Source: Tubulanus polymorphus
Taxonomy: Eukaryota; Animalia; Nemertea
Direction of reading: 5' to 3'
DNA: 64,000 bases
NCBI RefSeq assembly: GCF_964204645.1
Contig: NC_134031.1
Location: forward strand, 20,529,910 to 20,593,909
In this document: piece after piece, positions 21,932 through 41,829 of the stretch
Position numbering within the stretch: the first letter of the stretch is position 1
Layout of the letters: every line of letters starts with the position of its first letter
The notes under the pieces: generated by a model
Told to the model about the DNA's origin: nothing
Databases searched by the model: none
What the model saw: only the letters and a program-made list of their open reading frames with translations
Made by a program: the position numbers and the translations under genes

Positions 21932-24900
21932 ATGTCGGACGATGAAGGTATTGGTTATGTGAAGCCAGATCGTGTAATTCACTATGGAAGTTTGGAAGAA
22001 CGACTCAGATTGCAGTCTGCAGCGGCCGGCGCAAACGCTATCAAAGCTGGTATCGCAGCCGGTAACATCAGCATCGCTGGAAAAGGTATGTCGCGCACAC
22101 GTTTAACAGAGTTATGGGAGAGAGGAGGGAGGAGGGAGGAATGTACGGGACAGGAAAAAAGATGGGAGAGGACAGAGTAAGGGTTCGGGAGAAGAGTACA
22201 GGAAATAGAGTGGGGAAAGATGATAGAGGAGCAAGGAGAGAGGAAGAGAGAATAAGAGAAGAGAGATCAGGATCATGACTAATGTTTCTAAAAAATTGTT
22301 TCAACTTATGCACTTTAGAATGGGATTTTCAAACCAATGACTATTAGGCCTATATATTCTATACAGAATGAATGAACATTGTGAATATAGTTGGGTAGAT
22401 ATTTCACAGATATTTGTAGTAGATATCTTTCTATTTTGTAGCTGAGCCGATGGACCTGGAGGCTGAAGTGAGCGCTAGTAAACAAGAACTACTGGATGAG
22501 TTCGAAAAACGTAAAAAGGTAGGCTCTTATCTTTCACAGGAAAAATTGAATTCAGATCATAACAAACAGCATGACAAAGAGGTTTTTACGTTTTTTGTTA
22601 TAATGTAGGCGAGGCAACTAGCGGTATCTACCGATGATGGTGAAGTGAAAGCTTACCTTCGACAGTTAGGAGAACCGATATGTAAGTTTTTATTTCCACA
22701 CTGACTCTTTCTGCATGCACACTGCAACTCGTTGAAGACTAAGACTTTTCAATTTTTGGATGGAAGCAGGCTTCATGGGTGGTTCAATTTCTGTTTGTCT
22801 TGAGTTCAGTTTGAGTAATCAAAATGACTTCATTTAGCATCTAATTATCAAAAGGGTTAAGATTAAGATGATTGGCCTCTCAAATTAGGATCCAATGTCG
22901 CGCTGTTGGTAAGATTTATTTACTGTGATGAGATGTAGAAATATACAGCGAAACCTCGTTACAATGAACTTCAGCGGACCAGAAAATCCATCCATTATAA
23001 CTGATAGTTGGGTATATCCTGTATGAAATCATTGATAGTTTACCATTTGGGATGCGATATGTTTGCAATTACTGATAGATAATTGTTATCTCTGAGGTCA
23101 TTATAACGAGGCTCCATCATGATATTTGACTTCTACTCGTGGAATCGGGTGATATATCTCTAATATCCTTCATCCTTCCGAATTTGATATTTCCATCCTG
23201 CTCATTAAGCTGAACTGAAGGTAAGAAATATCTATATCCAGTATTCATTTCTGCTTTATTTGCTATAAGGTTTATTCGGTGAAGATAAAGCTGACCGACG
23301 AGCGAGGTTACGTCTGCTACTGGCGGCACTCGGCGAAGGCGCGCTCCGAAAGAAAAACGAACTGGCTTATGCTCGTAGAGATTCCAAATACGTATGTATT
23401 TAATCAGTTTGATTTTCACAGATATAGCTGTTCCGTTGATGCCAGACGTCTGAAAATTAGAGATATCTCTACTGACTACTTGAGAACTGAAGATTGAATT
23501 TATCTCAGTTCTGTTGACTGCAGAATTTCGAGAATCAGAGATCTCAACTGACTACTGGGGCCACTACTGGTTGCATAGTCATGACTTAAACTTAAGATCA
23601 GTCTCAGACCAACTTAGTAGTTCTATAGCAAATCTAACAACGTAAGACCAGTCTTAAGATTTAAGACCACTTTTGACTAAGTTCACGACTGTGCAACTGG
23701 CTCCTGAAAAATTAGATATATCTCTGTTGGGTTGACCACTGACTACTGCTAATCAAGAGATATCTCAGTGCTTTAATGAAAATTGATATTTTTGTTCCGG
23801 GAGGTATTCGACCTCAGAGCTCGTTAAAAATCTTCTTTCAATTGTTTGTCTCGCGCTGAATATGTGTAGGATCAGGCAACCTGGTACCACGAAGGATCAG
23901 AGACGTTAAGACAAGCTCGTGTTTGGATTGCGCAATATTCATTACCGAGGTAAACAAAATCGATTGAAGTGTTTTCGCTCGATGCCTCTATTAATGATTT
24001 TGATTGTGAAAATGGTCGAATTTTTGGGTCAACTGTAGGTCGCATTTTCGTTTGGAAAAAGCCAGAGAGGAAGAAGCAACGTCTTCTGCTCAAATCAACG
24101 CTAAGCAACAAGAACTACATAAAAAGCTCAGAGTAAGTAGATGCAAGCACTAACTAATAGCCAGTTACCGTTGCAGTAGCTTTAAGTGAAAATGAAATAA
24201 TAACTGTAAGTGAAAATAAGTGGCATTAAGCGAAATGTGTTATGAAAATCCCACAGGATAGTAATGCAATTTCTAAGTATGACTTCTGCAAGATTTTATG
24301 TTTTGATTATATACATAATCCAACATAGTTTGTTAGAAGCAACTGCAAATGTACTTTCAGGCTTTTGAAAGACGAAGAAATATTTTCTATATGAAAGCAT
24401 ATATTTTCGATATGGAGCAATTTTCAGTTGAACGATGGAGGTATTTAAGCAACACCAATTGATATGTTTATTTTATTATGTTTTTATAGGCAATGACTAT
24501 AGAAAGCAGTCAAATCGGAGACACGAGACCAATTTCATACTGTGAATTCAGTCCTAATAGTGAAATGTTAGTTACTGCTTCTTGGTATGTATATATAAAT
24601 ATACGACGAGCAACAGGTCAGTAATGAAGGTTTCAAATAGATAACTGGCCAAGTTGTATCTATTTCAGGAGTGGATTGTGTAAATTGTGGTCGATACCGG
24701 ATTGTCAACCTATCCGCACTTTAAGAGGTAAAAATACCAAAATTTGAATAACCAACTGGCCTTATCTCCATCTGCTATGTGGGGTATGAATATTAGAACC
24801 CGGTGTACCACACACTCATCTATATAGAGCTCATTTTCGACTTAAAAACGCCGTATTGGTCGGCAACACAGTAAGCGGTTTACATTACAGACCTGAATAT

Positions 24901-27900
24901 TACTGATGTCAGTAAAATTACTGGTAACCGGAACTATGGAACTCAACGCTTTGCCAACATGTTGCAAATGAATGTCTTCAGTCTCTAATATTATCTCTTA
25001 TATTATTTGATATTTTACATGCAGATAGTTGTCTGCGTGAACTGGTGCAATGGCCATTTTATTAGTTTATAACTAATATGTTGCCCAATAAACTCCGAAA
25101 AAAAATCATTTCCGTCATCTGCGGATATGATTTTCGCACATTGTTTGTGTGTTTGTATAGAGTAACAGAGGCTCAGTTTGCTTCAGTTAACGCATTCAAC
25201 TCTCATATGTGGGGTAAAACTACACAGTACACATTTGTTTGGTTTCTGCTACCTGCAGCACAGGTCATCTTCAATAGGTGCAGGACCTCTTCCCATGCAC
25301 AGGTTATCCGAGTTCTTGGGATCCGCTGTGGTTGCCTGGGGGCGTGGCAGATCACATAACATGAATTCTAAAAATGCTCCAACTAAATTCAGAAGAAATG
25401 ATTCAAAATATTGAAGTTGTAGGCTGTGATCTCCACGGGTATTTTGCTAGAATTTTTTTTTTATTTTTTAAGTCGCCACTGAAAACTAGTTTTGAGTCGA
25501 AGTTGAAAACTACGCCTCGAAGCGCAGTAAATAAAGAAATTCGCAGTAGCTACGATCGTTCGTAACAAGTCTTTAAACGCGTTATAATAAAGATAGCCGT
25601 AATCTTTACCGATTTTACCTTTGAAAGTAAGGACGAAATTGACGTTCGCCGCGAGGTTGAAGCATTTTTTGACTGAAAACAAACACAAAATTAGAACTAA
25701 TGTCAGAGTTAATCTACGCTCATCATTGCTGCTGCTGCTGTTGTTAGACGTTTCATTATTTGCAGACATGGTTTTTCTCGCTGCTCCCGCACGTTTCAAC
25801 GTGAAAATCAATCTGATAGTAATTAATATCATAATCACTGTCGTAACGATAGCAAATAATAAACCCTGAACAATGATGGCGTAGTATCTCAGGTAAACAT
25901 TTTTTGCGAACGGCGTCAATTTCTGCGTCCATCTCTCGTGTCCCGTGCATGGATTACGCGACCGCCGAGTCGTGAACTTGAACGCGTTTGTAATTGATTC
26001 ACAGATTGCGATGATTACGGCTAAATTTATGCAGACGCAACTTTTTTTTAAGCTTATGATTCGCACGGCTTTCAGCGGCCAACAAACTACGATGTATCTG
26101 TCTATAGCGATGAGCAGTGTTGTCAGATCGGCGACGCGCGTGAATGTTGATTGAACATTTTGCGTGTACGAATACAAACGTTTCATAGCGTGTTTATTTC
26201 GGCGCTCATGTCTAGTAACAGCGTGTGACTGTAGAGCTCGTATTGAAACTCAAATACGATATACGACAGACACGTGAACAGATCGGCTAAACACAAACAT
26301 CTCAAATAGAAAACGCTCGTGTTGCTCGACCGTTCTTTACTGAGAATAATAAACGACAGTAGATTCGCGTTGACACCGAAGACGGTGACGCTAAAAACGA
26401 CATAATTCATGATCTGAATGTATAAGTTCACGTGGAACGGTTTGTAATCGGCGTGATGGATATATTTACACCGCGGGTAAGGTTTGAAAGTGTTTATCCC
26501 GCTTGAAGCGGAAATATCGACAATCTCAGTGAAGATGAACGACGAATTTACATCGAGTGACATCGCAAAATGTCGTCTCGTGATTCAAACTAACGTTTGC
26601 TGTCAGTCACACAAGATTTCGCAGCTCGATAAATGTCTATCTGCGCACGAATAGTTTTACTGATGTCTAAATAACTTGCGCTAATGAATGCAACACTTTG
26701 TCAATATCTTGCAAATAAATGCTTTTAGATATATACTATTTTAAAAGGCTTTTTTGGAAATCATGACCTGAGTCAATTAAGTCCAATGCGTTGCATTCAA
26801 TCAGGGTTTAGATAAATGTTATCACCATCACAGTGCGGTATAGTCACTGATTTTCGTCTTGAATCAGAAAGCCACAGAAACTATTTTTCAAGGAGAAATG
26901 GCATGTTAGCCACGATCACACGGAGATGATTAGGCCTAGACCAAAAACATGTCTATGACATGTCATATTTTCAAAGAAGTAATCTGTTTGTAACATGATA
27001 CCGTGTTACATTATGTGGGTTCATTTAACTATAAATGATCACTCAGCTTCTGTTGTTTATGTATCGACAATTTTTATGGTTTTTAAGGTCATAACTGTAA
27101 CGTAGGTGCAATAGTTTTCCATCCATATGCAACGAAGAATCTAGACAATTCGGCGTGTTGTTTGGCGTCTTGTGCACAAGATGGAACTGTTAAACTATGG
27201 AGTCTAGACAGGTATGTCATTATTAGGGTTTTCGGGAACTACCGGACTGTTCTAGATAACCTACCGCACGTCAGGCCAGTTATTAGAACTTATTGGGAAA
27301 TTATTTGATTCAAAATATGGCTTTCTCTTCTGACAAATCCTGCCTAAACTGTTCTGTTGGTTTTATGATTTACTGTTAAGGCGTATTTTGGTTTCATACA
27401 GTTTTTTAAGGAAGAGCGAAAAAAGGAAAGAAAAATCCTGAGTTTTCCCCCGATATTTCATCTGAGATTTCATGAGATACGAATAAACATTGTTATCAGT
27501 GAAATATTTCACTATCTGTTGTTTAATTGTTTATGGATGATTAGTATTTTCTGATTTTGTATCCTAGTGAAGAACCAATTGCTGATATTGAAGGACATGC
27601 GCCGTACAGAGTGTCAAGACTAGCATATCATCCATCGGGTCGATTCTTGGCAACTTGTTGGTAAGTTCTGCCTGAATTCAGTGTGCAGGAGCATAACCAT
27701 CTCAACTCTGTTTTCATTTTGAATGAATCAAACTCAAGAATGAATCGAAATCGAAATTTTGCCTTTAAATTTGCTCAATGAATCACACAGTATATTAGAA
27801 ACATCTAGCATCTTAGTCATCTCTCACAAAAATAGTCTTACGAGAAAGGTGTTGGGGCTGACTGGTTTTAGCCATTGCAGGGTGGCGGCCACTGACCTGG

Positions 27901-29291
27901 GAAATCGGGAAAACTCTGGGAATCCTGGGAATATACCAGAACTGTAATCTTACGTTTGTTGCTTACTTTCAAATGAAAAGTAAGTTGATTTTCAATCTGT
28001 CACTTCAGTTTTGATAACTCGTGGCGTCTCTGGGATTTGGAAGCTCAGGAAGAGATCTTACATCAAGAGGGTCACAGTAAACCAGTTTATGATATAGCAT
28101 TCCAGAATGATGGTGCTTTATGCGCTACGGGGTAAGACTGCAAAACTTTTACTGGCATTTTCTCAAAAAATGAGGATAAGTAATTGCCTTTGAACGCTAC
28201 AGTACAAGTTTCAAGGCCTGCGCAATCACTGATGGATTATTTTGTTGTTATCATACCCATGTATTACAGAGGTATGGATGCATTTGGCAGAGTTTGGGAT
28301 TTACGTACTGGCAGGTGTGTTATGTTCATGGAAGGTCATCTGAAGTCGGTTTTAGGAATAGATTTCTCCCCTGACGGGTAAGTGGATGCTGATTAAGTAC
28401 TCTGTACCTAGAGTCAACTGCAACATGCAACATCTCTTCGTACTATATTCACCATTGTAGTTTGAAATCTTTCTGATCTCTTTTTGGAAATTCACTAAAA
28501 ATTACTAATCCCTGGTGTTTGTAGTTCATACGCATGATTTCAAAAATTGCATGAATAGTGATAAAGTGTGAAAAATATAAAGGGTTGGATCCTGATTTTT
28601 GCATAAAGTGTAAATACTTAAATCTTATTCTTGTTTTGTAGATATCATCTGGCAACTGGTAGTGAGGATAATACAGTTAAAATCTGGGATCTTCGACATC
28701 GTAAACTGGTTTACACAATTCCAGCACACAAAGGTCTTATTTCAAAAGTTAAATTTCAACGTAAGTTACGTTTTTGAGAATTCATGCATACTGTATCATC
28801 CATAAAATTAACCAGATACAGGGTGACCACTGACCCAGGAAACCTGGAAAAATGAGGGAATTTTTACAATACCAAAAACCTGGAAATCTGATAATTGCTA
28901 TTGACCAAGTGTTTCTTTAAACATTTCAAACCTAGAAATGCAGATTCACTGAAGAGATAGAAAAATCAGGGAAAACTTGGGGGATTTGTAAATGGGCAGA
29001 AAGTGGCGGCACCCTGAAATATCGTTATTATATCTTTTGGCTGTAGGAGATTTGCTCTTTTTTCTATTCGGTATTTTTGTTCATATTTCAGCCGAACACG
29101 GGAATTATTTAATCACCGCTTCTTACGATAACACGATCAAAATCTGGTCGAATCCAACGTGGACTCCGTTGAAAACGCTTGCCGGACACGAGGGAAAGAT
29201 TATGATGGTCGATATTTCGAAGGACAACAAATTCATAGCGTCGTCATCATTTGACCGAACATTTAAACTATGGACTCCAGACGTTATTTGA
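21932..29291 (+). CDS. PRPF4: U4/U6 snRNP protein Prp4 (WD40), ~14 coding exons
   Basis: Exons 21932-22085, 22442-22518, 22609-22681, 23270-23391, 23870-23949, ~24039-24132, ~24490-24583, ~24669-24727, ~27088-27211, ~27568-27660, ~28009-28131, ~28270-28377, ~28642-28760, ~29091-29291. They encode IHYGSLEE, the SFM motif [52 protein letters not shown] and WD repeats ([18 protein letters not shown]; [11 protein letters not shown]; [11 protein letters not shown]). Confidence 0.95.
22946..23118. mobile_element. Tc1/mariner-like MITE (related copies ~40674-40796 and ~58336-58504)
   Basis: TA|CAG(C/T)GAAACCTCGTTACAATGA ... TCATTATAACGAGG termini. The internal sequence is shared with the 58.3 kb copy (aatgaact..., attataactgatagtt). 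Confidence 0.55.
23558..23703. mobile_element. PIF/Harbinger-like MITE, family 2
   Basis: TIR ggg...ggttgcatagtc / gactgtgcaactggctc with a CTG target duplication. An inverted copy is at 29485-29623 and a partial copy at ~42778-42887. Confidence 0.7.
25461..26563 (-). pseudogene. Intronless class-A GPCR (FMRFamide/peptide-receptor-like) with a 1-bp frameshift, nested antisense in a PRPF4 intron
   Basis: ORF 26563-26183 gives TM1 (FGVNANLL) and TM2 (LCLADL). ORF 26186-25461 gives TM3 ([11 protein letters not shown]) through TM7 (ANFFIY). One extra A in the A-run at ~26193-26195 would join them into ~367 aa. Confidence 0.75.
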
Positions 29292-29484
29292 GGCGTTCGC
29301 AAAATTTTCGTGCATTTATAAGGACTTACAATATGTGATGATTGGCAGTTTAGAAATTATATTCGTAATTTTTTTTCGTAAAATATTTTCGTCTTGTCTC
29401 GTTCATTCTTGTATTACATTCACTTTTCACAGAGATTTCAATGAGTTGATATTACCAAGATTCATTTGTTTTATTATAAGCCTA

Positions 29485-29623
29485 GGACCAGTTGCATGGT
29501 TGTGACCCAAGTCCAAAAGTGGACTTAAATCTTAAAGACTGGTCTAAAGTTGTTAGATTGGCTATAGAATTAAGTTGGTCTTAGACAGGTGTTAAGTCTA
29601 AGCCTTGACTAAGCAACCGGCCC
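29485..29623. mobile_element. PIF/Harbinger-like MITE, family 2 (opposite orientation)
   Basis: Reverse-complement homology to 23558-23703; CTA duplication on both flanks. Confidence 0.7.
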
Positions 29624-30716
29624 CTAGATTCTGGATAATTAAGAGAATATCTTAAAATCTATACCAACTAGATCCTTACTAAGGTATTTAGATATCCACT
29701 CCATGCCATGTAATTATAGTAACACTTCCTTCATGCACGGCCGAGTCTCATATTTTATGAAACACCCTGTAGTACGCCAGGGCGCACAGTTATTCACCGG
29801 GGAGGATTCAATTCATATGGAAAGTGCCCGGAGATGGAACTACTGTTAAACATAGAACTAGAAAATGTTGGTTATTCTTCATTCATCATATATAGTATTA
29901 GTTTATTTCAATAAGACATTACATAAACATATATATATATATCTCAAGGACGGAAAATCACGAACAGAACTGTTCAATCACTGCATCATATATTACTACG
30001 TTATAGTTACAACATAAAATATCAGGTCTTCAGGTGAGGCCAACCTGAGTAATACAGCTATCCATCAACAGCCTGGAACCATTGCCCTTGTGGTTATTTG
30101 TGAAGTTTGGGTGATCACTTTTAGAAAGTGTGATGACAAAATGACTCTAATGTTTGGCATTTGTTTGAGTCTATTTGTTCATTTAGAACAGACCAAAAAT
30201 AACCATTGGTGGAAACACTCAGTCAATGTAATCACAATAACATACAAAATTCCACGCTAAGAATGTTCCTGTACCTTACTAGAATAGTCAAAACTTTGAA
30301 ATTAACTTAAGGAAAGTTTTGGGACTTAGTTCTTAGAGTGGACTTTTTCATTAATTCAATAGAAAATTGGTAAGCGCTAATGAAACGCTGAAGGATTGGT
30401 TCCAGGCTCCGGATTGAGACCTGCATTAATTCAAATCTCTGGAACCAGGTCCACAGTTAGAATTAGTTAATTTCCAATGTATTTTTACGCTAAGTCAAAT
30501 CTAAACCAATAACTGGGGAACTGGGTCGAGCTAATCTCAGACATAGATTAAAGCTTGGATCTCGAGAGCAGAAAAAGTTGGATGAAACCAAATCTTTAAC
30601 TTAAAGAGAATTGCGGAGAATTCCGCTGCACCCAAATCTAATCTATGTCCGCACTACACGAGTTTCTCAAGCTTCAAATCATCACTTGAGCACATTGATA
30701 CGTTTTGCAGTTCAAT

Positions 30717-36606
<5,890 letters not shown>

Positions 36607-36742
36607 CCTGACTGTAACAGCACCCTGTTCGCTGCAGATTACTGACGATTGATTAGTTCAAAATCAAACTAATAACTCGAACAAACGCGTTCAAAAATGT
36701 TTTAGCTGTCAATAAACGTCAAGCACCTGTTTGATTACATCC

Positions 36743-36755
36743 GTTACCAAGGAAC
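36743..36755 (-). promoter_or_regulatory. RFX X-box upstream of ODAD3
   Basis: GTTCCTTGGTAAC on the minus strand, ~140 bp before the ATG. X-boxes are typical of ciliary gene promoters. Confidence 0.55.
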
Positions 36756-37796
36756 CACGTCAAAGACAACACGAATTGCTGAAACGCTGACATAAAACTC
36801 AGTCAAATAAATTCTTTTTTCGACCTAAAATTCACAGTTTAATTCAGCGAGAATTAAGTTTGAAAGTAGACGATTCTCTGAATCGATGTTATATTTTAAT
36901 TAAATCAAGCACTCGGCTTTTCGTGTATAGATTACGATTATTTCTACTAAGGATAAGGGTAGCTCCGAGAATATCTAAATCAGGACATCCATATTCGCAG
37001 CAGTGCTCTCTCACCGGGAATATCGTTTAGTACAGCCAGCCACCGATAGATGGCGCGCAATGGAAATGTGTTTACTTCCGGTTGTCAAAAATGAAAATGA
37101 CTGTCTTATCTTATCTTATCTAGGCCTATCTCATTTTAGGCTAACTGCACAGTGTGTATAATAATTAATCATGTTAATTGGCACAGGGAGATCAGCCTAA
37201 TTATAATAATAGAGTAGGCCTAAGACTTAATAGCTTAAGTCAGCTGGATAGCTTAAGTCAAGAGAGGTTTTAACAGATGCTTGTCACTGTCAGGCAGTAC
37301 GTAGTACTAATAAGTAGATAGCTCTGGCTCTTCTTACTTAGTTCCACCACAACGGCGCTCGTATCAAATTGTAGTTTAATGTCTTAAACGATAATCTGTT
37401 AATCCAATGTCTATAGTAAACAACATCCGTTATTTATATATAGGCCTATACTAAAGACATAGTTGGATTAGGCCTAACAGATAATCGTTTTTACTACAAC
37501 TCTGATACGAGCCCTTGTGCTTAGTTCGATTATTTTTTTAGACCAATTGACTGACAGATAGACAGACATAAACGAGTCAAAGTGTACGCTACCAACACAA
37601 TCAATCCCCGCGCCAAACACCAGCAATGAGCAGTAGAACCGTTTTGCTCTAATGATGTCAATGACGTGATTGATCTGATGATGTCGTCTTCTTGCATCGC
37701 TTGCTAATAATAACGACTTTATGTTTGGACTAGTTAGAAAAATATTGACAAACAACCTCTGTTCATGCCTAAATAGCCGTAGCGTTTGAATAAACT

Positions 37797-40504
37797 ATGT
37801 CGTTCAACGGAGGAGAGTTTGGATCGCGGTTCCGGGACGCGATTCTGACGACAAATAAAAGAGAGGTGCGCGAATGCCTCATCTTTTATCAACTAAACCC
37901 AACTCCCGGCGTCGACATCAATGAACTATTTTGCGAAGCGGTTCGAACCGGTAGCGTTGATATCATCGACATGTTTCTGTTAAACTCGCGACGACTGGAT
38001 CTGGCGTATAAAGACGCGAGCGGTAAACGTCCGTTGCACCACGCCGCTGAAACCGGCAACGCCGACATCGTCAAATCGATCATCGACGCCGGTTCGATCG
38101 TCAACGTTTTAGACGGCGAGAACGGTTTCTCGGCTTTGCATTACGCGGCGCGATCGGGCAAATCGGAAATCGTGAAAGTGCTCGTACGCGAAGGAGCGCA
38201 TATGAATCGCAACCGCACGTTCAAGGAAGGCGAAGCGCCGTTGCATATGGCCTGCTGCGGAGGTCACGTGGAGGTCGTACGCGAACTGATCCGTGCCGGC
38301 GCAAATATTAATATTCTTACGACCGATTCTCACTGCCAAACACCGCTGCATAAAGCGATACAATTCCGCCAGTACGAAATAATGCAAGCGTTGTTAGAGG
38401 CCGGCGCCGATGTCGGCATCCCTGACGCAGCCGGGAGATCGTCATTGCATTTAGTAGCTGAAGCCGGTCCGCTTCGCGCGTTGAAACTCCTAATCGAATT
38501 CGGCATCGCCGAGGAGATGCCTCGGGATAAACGCGGCCGTAAACCGATTCACGCGGCCGTCTCGTACCGGCAGACGGAGATCGTACGGTTACTCGTGTCG
38601 GAGATTCCGGCCGACGTGGACGCGTTCGATAACGACGGCATGACGCCTCTTCTCCTGGCCGTACTCGGCGGATTCTCTGACATCGCAATGATTCTAATCG
38701 ACGCCGGAGCAGCAGTAGATCGGATCGAATTGAAATTAGGTTAGTAGTAAACGATGGCACCCGTATACATGAGAGGTTGATTTGAATTGGTTTCAGGGAG
38801 CTGAAAAAATGGTGTACCAGCAAACCATCAAATAGGCAATAAATAACCCGTCTATTTCACGACCGGATTTTTTCACAAACCAATTTGTAAATTAAGTCAT
38901 TAATTGTGGACTGAAGTCAATTGAAAGTATTTTTAAAATTTAAGCTTTTTCAAATGTGTGTTGGTTGGTGCGCGATGCGTAATTTCAAAAAGATGAATTT
39001 TCGATTTTTCTTTTCTAAAAAGTAAACAATATATCACATTGTGTTTGTTCCAGGAGCCACTGCTTTGAACCTCGCTGTTAGCACAGGTCGATTAGATATT
39101 ACCAGATTGTTATTAGAAAATGGCGCTGACCCGACGATTGCTGATTTCAAGGGAGTGACACCTCTTCACCGCGCTCAAGTACTCAAATGTAAGTATTACG
39201 TAAATGCATTTCTAACCATCCTCCTTCGTAGGCATATAGTAGGAAATTAGTGGCCATTCTCTATCTTAAATTGCGAATTGTTTGGTGGTTTGAACTTGAT
39301 TTCACAGATCTACACTCAATCTAAGTCCAACTCAAAGTTTAATAAGTTACATACCGGTTTGAACTTCGTTTGAACTGTTCCTTACAGTTCTCCATTAAGT
39401 TCGAATTGCAATTACAAAACTGGTAGATATGCCATCTCTGACTCCCTGAATCATGAAGATGCAATGACTGACTCCCAGTCATAGCGCTGTGGGCTCCTTG
39501 TAGCAAAGTTGTCGCTAGGTCTCACGGACTTCACGGACATAGATTTGCAGAGGGTCGCAGGTTCAAAGAACACCAAAAAAGAAGAATTTGTTTGTTTTTT
39601 CAGCTGATGTTCGAGGTTTAATCGTGAAGCTGCTGATTATGAATGGTTCGAGGATGAACAGCACCGATGATCACGGTTACACGCCGCTAGATCGATGCGT
39701 TTTTCAAACGGTTCTTTCGAATTTCGACAAAGAGACGCTGAAACTGATGACCAGTGCAGGAGCGCATTTACAACCCATATTCACAGAAAGGTACGAGACT
39801 TGATATTCTAAATGCCGACGCACAGGAAGCGGGAAACACTGAAATTGTCCTGAATCCAGGTTTCTCATTTCTTGTAATCGACAGGGAAAAGCTCGGAAAC
39901 ATGTTTCTGTCTCCCGTTGCTTTGTCATGTGTGTTGGGCTTAAAATTGCAAATTGCGGTCCATTGATGATAATTCATCGATTCTGAATATCAGTTAACTG
40001 TCACACTAATATACCGTAGTCCTATTCCTATCCTACTACAATGCTCAACAGGTGCTGACATCTTTCAGTAGTGACTTTTACTAATTAACAATTAAACAGT
40101 ATCTGGATACACAGCACAGTGAAAGGGTTTTAACTATTACTAACTCCTTTCTTCATATCGTTCGTTTCAGTCGAAGACATCGCAATTCACCGTTGTGCTG
40201 GTTAGTTTGGCGAGGCGATCTCGAATCGGCGCGGTTCCTCGTCAACTCGGGTTGGAACCTACGTCAGGAAACGTGGCTCAATCTTCCCGGACGTAACGAC
40301 GAACACACGGAATTCATCGCGTGGCTGAGGCGTCTGCTTTACGAGCCGCGAACTCTTATTCACATGTGTCGTCTGGCGATTCGCGAATGTTTAAGCTTCT
40401 GCGCGAACGACAAAGAAATTTTGACCGGTATCGGAACGTTGCCGCTTCCAACGGTTATCAAAAAATTCTTGAAGTTTCAAGAGGAGATGGATATGTTGAA
40501 GTGA
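37797..40504 (+). CDS. Ankyrin-repeat and SOCS-box (ASB-type) protein, 4 coding exons
   Basis: Exons 37797-38739, 39054-39188, 39604-39790 and 40171-40504. There are about 10 ankyrin repeats (RPLHHAA, SALHYAA, APLHMAC, TPLHKA, TPLLLA, TPLHRA) and a C-terminal SOCS box PRTLIHMCRLAIR...LPLPTVIKKFL. Confidence 0.9.
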
Positions 40505-41718
40505 ACGATCGATCTGTAGCCTGGCTCCACCGACCTTCAGATATCCACCAACGTGAAGTCTCGACGATCGCTTTGTAAAAGCATGGTGACAATATGATTG
40601 CCAGTAATATCCGACATTAGTGCTTTGTCTGATTAGTTTAGTTTCAATTGAAATTAGAAGTCCTGAACGCCTAGAGTGGAACTTCATTACAACGAACTTC
40701 AGTGGACTGGAAAAAAGTGTTTGTAATAACTGGTAGTTTGTTGTATCCAGTCTGAATTGGATTATACATTACATCCAGTGTAACTAGCTTCCACTGTCAT
40801 TGTTTTTCCTACCTTTCAGAAAAAAGAAAAGCCTTCCATTGTGCATGCAACAGTTCGATGCATGTTACTCATTTTGAGCGTATGAAAAGATTCATTTTAG
40901 GATTGGGGTTAGGTTTTTTAAGTCTAGCTATTAACGTTAGGGGTAAGGTTTAGGGTTAGGATAGGGTATATGCTAATGCAAAGTAAAGCGGTTTAAATAT
41001 TGAAAAACATTTTGGCTTAGAGTGCGTGTTAGTGCATGTGTGCTTCATGCACGTTGCAAAGCTTCTTCAATTCTCTGATGGGAAAAACAATTACGCAGGC
41101 CTGAACAGGAGGCGTGAACCATAGATATAAGTGTCAGTGACAGATTGATACCTTCTGTACTGCTTCGAGAACCCTTAAAATATTGTGTTTGTTTGATTTT
41201 CCATTATTTTGCCTTTTGCTCGCGCCATCTATGCTTAAGCTGAAGTTATTCCCGGGAGCTTTCTGCCTCTAAATTTCTTAAAAAAATATAAGTCAATATG
41301 ACGATCTAGCTAGTTGCCCTGCGGCAACCTGCAGCGCGTTCAGACATTGTTGGGCAAAATCTTGGTCACTTTTGAAATAAAACAATGAAAAGGGCATGTA
41401 GGCAGCCTTTTAGTTTACCAGAAATAAGAAACAGGGAATGAATGAGGAAATGAACTTTTTTTCTGAACATTTCTTCAATAAAAAAGTATTAGTGTCATTG
41501 GAATGTATATACCACAGTTGGGCCTACAAGCATCGTGGAGCACTTTCCTGGACTAGGTGAACTATTATTAAATTAACCTTGCTAAACGCAGTATTTTTGC
41601 TATGATTCTGCTGTGATTAACGAGCTACAACAATGTGCTACTCATGTTCATGATAAATGAATAAAATAAATCATTTAAAAAATTCATCTCTTTATTGAAA
41701 ATTCATGTTTCATATCAG

Positions 41719-41829
41719 GGGCTGGTTTTATTATAGCCTGGTATCAACTTTAACCCGGGGCTCGCTCAATTCATTTTCAGTTCAGTTAACCCCCGGGTTA
41801 AAGTTAATACCAGTCTATAAAACCGGCCC
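41719..41829. mobile_element. PIF/Harbinger-like MITE
   Basis: gggctggtttta...taaaaccggccc TIRs, a long internal palindrome and a CAG target duplication. Confidence 0.7.

Noticed and set aside
40904-40966. Interstitial telomere (TTAGGG-like)
   Set aside because: There are only a few degenerate units inside an imperfect inverted repeat, more likely part of a small transposon.
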